A DNA stretch of 64,000 nt from Bauldia sp. (GTDB lineage: Bacteria > Pseudomonadota > Alphaproteobacteria > Rhizobiales > Kaistiaceae). The notes beneath the pieces were generated by a model. That model was given only the letters and a program-made list of their open reading frames with translations. It was not told the DNA's origin and did not search any database. Shown here piece after piece: positions 1-7,397 of this stretch. Numbering within the stretch: the stretch's first letter is position 1; every line of letters starts with the position of its first letter. Position numbers and translations under genes: made by a program. The DNA is taken from the NCBI GenBank assembly GCA_026126065.1, contig JAHCJY010000005.1:125058-189057 (forward strand), read 5' to 3'.

Positions 1-396
1 GCGCTCCTGGTCGTCGAGGTGCTCGCTGTGGCCCAGGCAGATCGTCAGGAAAGCGCGCTCGACCAGCTTGAACGGCTGCATGCCGCCGGCGGTCGCGACC
101 TTCACCACGCCACGGGCCTTCTCGTCGAAGGAGTAGCTTCTGGCCTCTCCCCGAAAGACGCTGCGGGGAAACTGGTCGAGAAGGACCACCAGCCCAGTTT
201 GCTGCGATGGGGTTAGGACGGCAACGTCGATCGCAGCACCGTCAGCCTCGGCAAGGGCGGCCGAGAACAGTCCCGCAATCTCGGCATCCCGACCGCCGCC
301 AAACCAGAGGGAGAAGCGATCGTCGTTGAAGGATGCGAAGTCGGGGACGGGGCCAAACCAGAACAGATGCACGTCGTCGAGGATTTGCGGCTGCAT
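1..396 (-). CDS. DUF924 family protein, N-terminal 132 codons (CDS continues past the left window edge)
   Basis: Not in the ORF track because it has no stop in the window. Minus-strand translation from the ATG (complement of 394-396) gives MQPQILDDVHLFWFGPVPDFASFNDDRFSLWFGGGRDAEIAGLFSAAL...VERAFLTICLGHSEHLDDQER. The FWFG...WF.G pattern and the H-SE motif are typical of DUF924. Third-position GC is high. Confidence 0.55.
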   Translation of the reverse strand, partial: MQPQILDDVHLFWFGPVPDFASFNDDRFSLWFGGGRDAEIAGLFSAALAEADGAAIDVAVLTPSQQTGLVVLLDQFPRSVFRGEARSYSFDEKARGVVKVATAGGMQPFKLVERAFLTICLGHSEHLDDQER

Positions 397-503
397 CTCG
401 CTTCTCAGTACCCACTTCGTCGTAGGTATCGAACGCCGTCCCGGCACCGCATGCAAGGGTATATTCGTCTGGCTCCTCGCGCTGGATATCGTATCAGGAC
501 CGA

Positions 504-602
504 ATTCCAATGCAGCAGCAATGGACCAGGTCGTGACAATGGGCTGAAAGGGCCCCGCAACTCAGCAGCCCGCGCTTCGCCATCGCCCCGATGATGGACT
601 GG
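504..602 (+). repeat. Orphan dusA 5' fragment (attL-like copy)
   Basis: attccaatgcagcag...cccgcgcttcgccAtcgccccgatgatggactgg aligns with 13302-13410. This copy has a 12-nt deletion and a 1-nt insertion (GGGCTG vs GGCTG) that creates an early stop (MDQVVTMG*). Similarity stops abruptly after 602. Confidence 0.75.
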
Positions 603-779
603 CGCGAAAACATCGTGATCGCCGGCATACATGGCTCGTCTGCTGCACTGGCGCTGCAGAGCGGCTCACTGGAGCGCCTCGCGTCACAAGAGAGATCGCG
701 ATCCACGTCCCAGCGCGGGACGCTGGCGGTCTCCGGCTCTGCGTTCGAAGTCGGGAGAACGACTGAGATCCAATGATCT

Positions 780-802
780 CCGCCCCGCCCCGCCCCGCCC
801 CG
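780..802. repeat. Pentanucleotide simple sequence repeat (CGCCC) x4.6
   Basis: Direct reading gives c cgccc cgccc cgccc cgccc cg. The repeat is non-coding and lies about 160 nt upstream of the 964 start codon. Confidence 0.9.
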
Positions 803-963
803 ATTGAACCCTGCGCCTCCGCGCGTTGGCCGTAGGCGACCTGCGCCGCGGGCCAACTCTCGAGATCACCGGCTGTGCTTCTCGGCACAGCATCTCGAAG
901 TCGATCCTGAGAAGGATGCTTCGCCGACCACATGTCGGTGGCCTCCAACAAAGGAAAACAACG

Positions 964-1245
964 ATGACCCTCAAGATCAACAACCTCCTCCGCGTCTCGC
1001 TCATTGGCGCGCTCGCGGCCGCAACGGTCCCCGCGATCCCGACGATGGCCCTCGCGGCCGGCGATGCGGATTACTGCAATAGCGCCTTCTTTGCCGGCTA
1101 TGTTCGCGCCGCCGACGTCGGCGAGAAGTGCAATGGCACTCGCACGCACTTCGATGACCGAGATTGCGCCGCCGACGATCCGTTCGTGTTCGTCATCGCC
1201 GAACGCCGCAACGGCGTGGTCTATGTCGACTGCGTCTCTCACTAG
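964..1245 (+). CDS. Small secreted 4-Cys protein (island paralog P1)
   Basis: ATG at 964 is preceded by AAAGGAAAA. The Sec-type signal is MTLKINNLLRVSLIGALAAATVPAIPTMALAAG. The mature part has 4 Cys. It is a paralog of the protein at 11389-11721. Confidence 0.6.
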   Translation: MTLKINNLLRVSLIGALAAATVPAIPTMALAAGDADYCNSAFFAGYVRAADVGEKCNGTRTHFDDRDCAADDPFVFVIAERRNGVVYVDCVSH

Positions 1246-1326
1246 CTATGGAGTTACACTAGGTTGTCCATCCGGTCCTGACCGTGGAAGCTGGAGTTGC
1301 GAAGCTTCAGAACCTCGGAGGACCGG

Positions 1327-1498
1327 ATGAACATCTACAAGAATGCCCGTGACGCCGATTGGTCGAGAGCGTCTGGTTGTGGCTGTGCGGAGCGGGCAGA
1401 GCCCGGAGGCCGCCGCACCAGGCAAATTGGGGCAACGTCACGCTGATCCTTGTCGCGGATCGCGGATTCCATCATCGGTCGACCGCTACAAGCGCTGA
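1327..1498 (+). pseudogene. IS481-family transposase N-terminal (HTH) remnant, frameshifted and truncated
   Basis: GGAGG sits 5 nt before the ATG at 1327, which opens MNIYKNAR. Reading the adjacent frame from about 1351 (a 1-nt shift relative to the ATG frame) gives VTPIGRERLVVAVRSGQSPEAAA...VDRYKR*. This matches the canonical IS481 N-terminus (MN.HKNARLTP.GRE.lV..v..Gq.p.aAA....W..R). No DDE catalytic domain follows. Confidence 0.5.
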
Positions 1499-1565
1499 GT
1501 GCAATTCGCCGTGCTCCGCCACTGGCCCCGCCGTGATGCTGCGTTAGTAATCCACATCGCGCTGT

Positions 1566-4500
1566 CTATAGATTAACCTCATCCCGGACCTCGAATACTA
1601 CAGTGGGCGTGCTCACGTTTTTCAACTGGACTGGGCCAAGGCATTTCAGGTCCATTCCCTCTGGCAGCGTCTCCTTCGTCTGTTCTCCGACGAGAATCGC
1701 TCCGTCGCGTGCGTGGGCGGCGATCCGCGCCGCGACATTCACCGACGACCCAATTGCTGTGAACAGACGGCGGTCGACATCTTTCGCAGCGATCTTGTAG
1801 CAGCCGACGATCGCTTGGCCGGTGTTGACACCGATGTTGACAGTCACATTGCACGAATGGCGGCTGACGAGGTTCAGACGCCGCGTGGCGCGACGCAGCA
1901 AAAGCGCGGTCTTGACGGCGCGATGCGGGCTTTCGTCGCCATCGAAGATCGCGAGAAGGGAATCCCCTTCGATCTGACTTATCTCGCCTCCCATTTTGAG
2001 AATATCGTCGTAGAAGGCGGAGAAGTACTCCTCGACGAGACGCTTGGAGTTCGCCGCGCCGATGGACTCGACGATCAGCGTGTATCCTTGGATGTCGAGG
2101 AAGAGCGACGACACCACCGTCTCCCGCTGCTCCTCGATCTCCCTACCGCCGCCGTTGAGAAAGTCGTTGGCGTAGCGCTTGGTGGCAAAGGTTTCGAGCT
2201 GCTGCCGCAGATGCTCCATGAGTTGAAGCTTCTTTGCGGCGCGCCGGAGGGCGACCTGGTGACTGTCGAGGCTCTGGCCGGACCGCTGCCGCAGCAGGAC
2301 GTTGCCCAGCTCCGAAGTCGCCACGCGGAGGTCCCGCACGAGATCGTCAGACAGGTGTCCCGCCCTGGCGCTGGTGAGAAAGAGCAAGGCCCGGCCCCCT
2401 TCGCTGACGTGGCGGGCGCCGCAGTAGACCATCCCCCCGTGGGTAGCGTCGTCGCGGGCAAAGCGGGGATCGGCGGCTGTATCTGCGATCATCAGGTCGT
2501 GACCGGTGCGGCGGACGAGATCGATGATGTCGCCTCGGAGACCGCTGTGTTGTTGAATCCGAGACTCCTGGCCCACGCACATCGCCGATATCCCGTCGCG
2601 TGATTGCGCGATCACGGCCGGCTGCCCGTCGTCCACCCAGACGAGCCAGGCGGCGTCGGCGCCGGTCTCGTCTGCCACGGCCCGCAACAGCACCGGAATG
2701 CGCTCGGCCAGTTCGACGTCCTTGCCCAATGCGTGCTCGATGACGCCGGTCCGGTTGAGTTCCACGACTTTGCCAGGGGGCTCCAAGGACGCCGGCGCCT
2801 CCGCCAGGTCCGCCAGGGCCCGCTTCACCAGGGCGGTTGCCTTCCATGCCGCGAACCGCTTTCGTGCTTCTTCCAGATAGGCCGATCGTGACCGGGAGGA
2901 GCCCAGCTTCCTGGAGGCGTCGGCGGCGCGGAAGGCTGCGAGGCCGGCGATGTTCGGCATGCCGGCGCGATCGGCCGCTTCAATGGCGGCTTCGAACGCG
3001 CTTAGGGCGGTGCCATGGCCCCTGATCGCCATCGTCTCGGCCTCGAGAAGGAGGCGGTGTGGCTCGAAGTTTGCGGGGACCATGGCCGCGAGCCGGCGAA
3101 ACTTCTTGAGGCCCCGGTTGAGGAGCTTCAGCCTCCGGCCAAGCATGGCCGCCGCGATCGCGCGATAGAAGGCATAGTCCGCCAGCATGATCTGGCCCGG
3201 CATGGCATCGAGGTACCGGCTGGCCCGATCGCCGTAGCCAAGTGCCGCACCGGGTGACCCGAACAGGCATTCGAGTTGCAGCCTCATCACAAGATAGTAG
3301 CCGACGGCGGTGAGGTTGTTGCTCGCGAGCATCCGCTCGACGAATGCGTCGCCGGCCGCCGCCGATTTCATGATCGGCTCGCCGGGCTCGGCTTCGTCGC
3401 GCAGGAGACGGACTGCGCCTGACCACACGGCGTAGCTGCCGATCACAAATGGATCGCGGCTTTGGTTGATGAAATGAAGGCGCTTCCGGAAGTCCGATTG
3501 CAGAACCTCCAGGTCCTTCCCGCGAAAGAAGTTGAGGAACCACTGGAGCAGTATCCCATAGTAGGCGTACTGACGGTCACCGACCGCCACCGCGCCGTCG
3601 TATCCAATGCGGAGGAAGTTCAGGCACTCCGATATTGGACGCTGCCAGAGACCCACGAACGCCCCGTAGATGATCTGCACCTTCGGACGCGTCACCGGAT
3701 CCGGAAGCCGTTCGGCGAGCGCAAGTGCGAGCCGGCCGAGCGCGTCACCGCGGACGAAGGCGCCGAGCGCCACATGGCCGAGGCCGAACAGAACGTAGCC
3801 GGAAGGCGAGAGGGGCGAGTTGCCGGCGCGTGCCGAGATGGCGACGATCTTGAGGCCAGCGAGAATCGTGAGGTTGGGATTCACGAAGTAGGCCGCCGGG
3901 CTGACGCTGGTCAGTATCGTCAGCACCTTGAATAGGCGCTCGTCCTCCATCGTACGAAGCTCGACGTAGGATTCGACCGAGTGTCGTCGCATGAGCCAGC
4001 GGACGCGCAGGAATTCCACGATGATCCCTGCCCTCCGGATGGTCTTGTTGAACCGCCATCCGAGCTTGCCGAGCGCGACCACGGCCGCGTCGACCGCGTC
4101 GTTGTTCCTCTGCGCCGCGGTCTCCAGCAGGATCTTGGTGTTGTAGACGTCGGCGGCCTCGAGATCGCTATCGACATGGGTCATCAGGAGGTCGAACAGC
4201 CGCTGCGCGTCGTCGAACCGGCCGGAGAGATAAGCGGCGCCGAACGTCTCGAGGTGCAGCGCCACGCAAAGACGCCTGTCGGTCTTCCAGCTTTCCGGCG
4301 TGAGGAGCCTGGTTCCGGCGCTGAGTTTCAGGAACGCTTCCTCGAACGCCAGGGTCTCGCGAGCCCTGCGGCCGGCCGCGAGATTCAGTTCCGCCAGCTT
4401 TGTCCTCTGGCGGTCCGAGAGGTCTTCGCTGATTCGGTTTATGTTGTTGACGACGACGAACAGGCTGCGCGACCCGATATCATCGAGCGTGTCGAGAAGG

Positions 4501-6497
4501 GCATGACCGATGTCGCGGCGGAGCTGCTGCGCCTCGGTGGGATCGATGAGGGACGTGGCTGCGCTCTGGACGCGATCGTGGGTGAACTGGATGCTGTCGA
4601 GGTCCTCCTCGCCGGGTCGCATGGCGGCCTGGATCGCACCTATGGCGAACGCCTCGTCGAGCGCCGCGCGGAACGCATCCGACGGCATGGCGGAAGCATG
4701 GGCAAGGAGCCGGCGCGGGAACGATGCCCCGAGGAAGGCTGCCGTGGCCAGCAGCCTGCGGCAGTCGTCGCTGAGTTCGGAAAGGCGTCGGGCCACGATG
4801 TTCGCGACGTCGGCGCCGGTATCCTGCGCCTCGATCGCGCCCAGGTCGCAACGCCATGAGCCAGTCGGAAAATCGTACCAGACTAGCCGCCGCGACAGGA
4901 GTGCCTCTACCACCTGGTGGACGTAGAAGGGGTTGCCGCCGGTCCTGTCGTGAAGGTAGGCGGCGAGTCCGGCCCGCTCTTCCTCCGACCTGCCTACTTG
5001 GTCGATGAGCTTTGAGACGCTGCCCGATCCGAGGCCGGCGAGGCCGACGTGACTGACAGGATGATGCCGCCCGAGCGCCGCTTCCGCCCGGCCGAGGGCG
5101 GCGAGATGCGCCGGATCGTTGTCACGAAAGGCTCCGACGAACAGGATTCCGGCGAGCGATGGATCTCCGAACAGCATCTCCACCAGGTCGAGCGTCGCCA
5201 GGTCGGCCCACTGCATGTCATCAAGGAAGATGCACAGCGGTCGATTCCGGTTGGCGAAGCCGCGAAGGAGACCGACAACGGCATCCTTGAACCGGTTGGT
5301 CTGCTGTTCGGGTCCGATTTCCGGAGGAAGGCCCTGGTTGCCCAGCAGCGTCCCGAACTCGGGCGCGAGCGCGCAGATCACACCCTCAAGGCCCCCAAGT
5401 TCCGCCCGCAGCCTGTCGACCGTGCGATGGCGGGACTGGGTCGGCTGGTTCGCCGCCCACCGCGCCAGGCTGCCCAGCGACTTCGTGAGGGAGGACAGCG
5501 GCTCTTCCATGGCAAACTGGTCGGACTTGCCGCCAACGAAGACGCCGCGGCCTTCGACCACGCTGCGTTCGAACTCCTGGACGAGGCGCGTCTTGCCGAC
5601 CCCGGGCGGCCCGGTAACGAAGGCTGTGGCAGCACTCCGGCGCGCGCTGCGCAGCGCCCGGCGCAGCGTGGCCAGTTCGTTGTCGCGTCCAATCAGGGTG
5701 GCGCCGAACGCGATCGCCGGCGCGCCGTCCTGCTGGCCGAGGACCTGGATGCTAGGCGGTCCACCCAACTCGAAATGCCGCAGGCATTGATGAAGGTCGG
5801 CAGCCACGCCCCTGGCCGTCGCGTAACGTCGCCGGCCCGGGAGGTCGGCGAGCCGATTGATCACCTCGGAAACAGTCTCGAGGCCCGCTCCGCCCGCCTC
5901 TGAAAGGTCGTTCGGATCAACCGGCAGGGAGACCCGGTTTCGCCCGGTGCAGGCCCAGAACAGGAATGCGCCGAGCCCGAACAGATCGGTGGAACGGCTC
6001 GGCACCCCCATCGGGCGAACTCGGAACTCGGGGGCCAGAAACTCCGCATCATCGAGGGCGGCGAACTCCTCCTGCTCGTCGGCCCGCAGAGGCGCGCCTT
6101 CCCGGAAGGGGTGCAACGGGAGAAGGGCAACCCTGTCGAGCGTGCGGTTGGCCCATACCGTGCCGGGTCCGATCCGTCCGTAGACCCAACCGTGGTCGTG
6201 AAGGACGGCGAGCCGCCGTGCGAGCGCGGCCGTCAGCCTCAGGGCATGGCCGACCGTCGTCTGGATCTGGGAGCCGAGCTCCAGCGCCGGACGGAACTCG
6301 TCGCTGCGGATGCTCCAGGGCTGTGTCGCATGCCTTGCGAACGGCACGAGCGTGTCGGCGAGATTACGCTGATCCGGAATCCACGGCCGGCTGCCCGGAG
6401 TCCACGTGGAGACGGCAATACTGTCGACCACGGACGGATCGACGCCCATATGTTCATCGGGCTCCTGTACCGACGCACTGGGTATTGAGGTACCCAT
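1566..6497 (-). CDS. Multidomain signalling protein: truncated pseudokinase, AAA_16/STAND ATPase, helical/TPR-like region, GAF, class III nucleotidyl cyclase
   Basis: 1643-aa ORF. Kinase C-lobe remnants are LHDHGWVYGRIGPGTVW (HRD lost), FLAPEF and STDLFGLGAFLFWACTG. Walker A is GPPGVGKT (aa 296-302) and Walker B is CIFLDDMQWAD (aa 422-431). The GAF domain spans about aa 1252-1405. The cyclase domain spans aa 1461-1643 with FLDIQGYT, IEGDSLLAIF and GSSVNVAARI. Confidence 0.85.
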   Translation of the reverse strand: MGTSIPSASVQEPDEHMGVDPSVVDSIAVSTWTPGSRPWIPDQRNLADTLVPFARHATQPWSIRSDEFRPALELGSQIQTTVGHALRLTAALARRLAVLHDHGWVYGRIGPGTVWANRTLDRVALLPLHPFREGAPLRADEQEEFAALDDAEFLAPEFRVRPMGVPSRSTDLFGLGAFLFWACTGRNRVSLPVDPNDLSEAGGAGLETVSEVINRLADLPGRRRYATARGVAADLHQCLRHFELGGPPSIQVLGQQDGAPAIAFGATLIGRDNELATLRRALRSARRSAATAFVTGPPGVGKTRLVQEFERSVVEGRGVFVGGKSDQFAMEEPLSSLTKSLGSLARWAANQPTQSRHRTVDRLRAELGGLEGVICALAPEFGTLLGNQGLPPEIGPEQQTNRFKDAVVGLLRGFANRNRPLCIFLDDMQWADLATLDLVEMLFGDPSLAGILFVGAFRDNDPAHLAALGRAEAALGRHHPVSHVGLAGLGSGSVSKLIDQVGRSEEERAGLAAYLHDRTGGNPFYVHQVVEALLSRRLVWYDFPTGSWRCDLGAIEAQDTGADVANIVARRLSELSDDCRRLLATAAFLGASFPRRLLAHASAMPSDAFRAALDEAFAIGAIQAAMRPGEEDLDSIQFTHDRVQSAATSLIDPTEAQQLRRDIGHALLDTLDDIGSRSLFVVVNNINRISEDLSDRQRTKLAELNLAAGRRARETLAFEEAFLKLSAGTRLLTPESWKTDRRLCVALHLETFGAAYLSGRFDDAQRLFDLLMTHVDSDLEAADVYNTKILLETAAQRNNDAVDAAVVALGKLGWRFNKTIRRAGIIVEFLRVRWLMRRHSVESYVELRTMEDERLFKVLTILTSVSPAAYFVNPNLTILAGLKIVAISARAGNSPLSPSGYVLFGLGHVALGAFVRGDALGRLALALAERLPDPVTRPKVQIIYGAFVGLWQRPISECLNFLRIGYDGAVAVGDRQYAYYGILLQWFLNFFRGKDLEVLQSDFRKRLHFINQSRDPFVIGSYAVWSGAVRLLRDEAEPGEPIMKSAAAGDAFVERMLASNNLTAVGYYLVMRLQLECLFGSPGAALGYGDRASRYLDAMPGQIMLADYAFYRAIAAAMLGRRLKLLNRGLKKFRRLAAMVPANFEPHRLLLEAETMAIRGHGTALSAFEAAIEAADRAGMPNIAGLAAFRAADASRKLGSSRSRSAYLEEARKRFAAWKATALVKRALADLAEAPASLEPPGKVVELNRTGVIEHALGKDVELAERIPVLLRAVADETGADAAWLVWVDDGQPAVIAQSRDGISAMCVGQESRIQQHSGLRGDIIDLVRRTGHDLMIADTAADPRFARDDATHGGMVYCGARHVSEGGRALLFLTSARAGHLSDDLVRDLRVATSELGNVLLRQRSGQSLDSHQVALRRAAKKLQLMEHLRQQLETFATKRYANDFLNGGGREIEEQRETVVSSLFLDIQGYTLIVESIGAANSKRLVEEYFSAFYDDILKMGGEISQIEGDSLLAIFDGDESPHRAVKTALLLRRATRRLNLVSRHSCNVTVNIGVNTGQAIVGCYKIAAKDVDRRLFTAIGSSVNVAARIAAHARDGAILVGEQTKETLPEGMDLKCLGPVQLKNVSTPTVVFEVRDEVNL

Positions 6498-6524
6498 CCA
6501 AGCCCTGCAACCAGCCGATCGAGC

Positions 6525-7388
6525 TCAAGGTCCAGGTTTTCTGGCACGAAGATGCGCGTAGAACCAGCCACCGGCCTGCAACGCGCGATACTGGAGCCGG
6601 GAGGACATGAGGTTCTCCCGCTGGACCTCGGTTCTAAGACCCAAAACACTGAGTAGGTTGTGCGCCGGCAGTCCGGCAAAAGTAAGGTTGTGTAGCAGAT
6701 ACAGTGATGGCTCGACATACTCAGTGACATCCATCACTGCGACGTCGTCGAGGCCCGCGGCTGCGGCGTGGGCGAGATGAGACACGCCGGAGTCGAGCCC
6801 CGGTATAGCCCAGCCGCGCAGCCACTCGGCGTTTGTCGATGTGTCGAGTTCGTCGGGCCACCGGTCCGGCAGCATGTACTCGGCCATCGCCAGTCTGCCG
6901 CCCGGCTTCAGAACGCGTGCGGCCTCGCGATAGAAGGCAGCTTTGTCAGGCGCATGGACCACGCTCTCGATCGCGATGACGGCATCGACGGATGCGGTCC
7001 TGAGCGGCATGGCGGTGTAGTCGCCAATGACGAAGCGAGCCCTCCGGCTGAGCCCGCGTTCGGCGGCCGATTGCCTCGCCAGGACCATCTGGCGGAAGTT
7101 GACGTTGAGGCCGACGACGCGTGCCTGACGTTCGCTTGCCAGCCACAGCGACGACCCGCCGAGACCGCAGCCGGCGTCCACCACCAGGCTCCCCTCGCTG
7201 ATCGCCGCCAGGTCCGCAATGCGCCGGCTCGTTGCGATCAATGCTTCCGAGTGACTACGGGCGCCGTCGCCGAAATAGCCGAAGTGCACCGCGGAGACGG
7301 ACTTGTTCGTCCAAGCCAGCCAATAGTCACCCACGGTACCGTTGTAGTACCGATTGACCGAGCCAAATTCGGGATCTTCGATCGTCAA
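6525..7388 (-). CDS. Class I SAM-dependent methyltransferase (sterol-C24 / gamma-tocopherol / sarcosine-dimethylglycine MT-like subfamily)
   Basis: 287 aa. N-terminal YYNGTVGDYW...VHFGYF is followed by motif I VVDAGCGLGGSS and post-I/II motifs (VVGLNV, VDAVIAIESVVH, LKPGGRL). The start is TTG at 7388, 9 nt after the upstream stop. Confidence 0.75.
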   Translation of the reverse strand: MTIEDPEFGSVNRYYNGTVGDYWLAWTNKSVSAVHFGYFGDGARSHSEALIATSRRIADLAAISEGSLVVDAGCGLGGSSLWLASERQARVVGLNVNFRQMVLARQSAAERGLSRRARFVIGDYTAMPLRTASVDAVIAIESVVHAPDKAAFYREAARVLKPGGRLAMAEYMLPDRWPDELDTSTNAEWLRGWAIPGLDSGVSHLAHAAAAGLDDVAVMDVTEYVEPSLYLLHNLTFAGLPAHNLLSVLGLRTEVQRENLMSSRLQYRALQAGGWFYAHLRARKPGP

Positions 7389-7397
7389 GGTGCTGCG

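Noticed and set aside
591-776. A 61-aa ORF starting MMDWRENIV..., which looks like a short dusA-related gene.
   Set aside because: Only the first four codons derive from dusA; the rest is island-border sequence with no coding signature. It is a by-product of the insertion junction.
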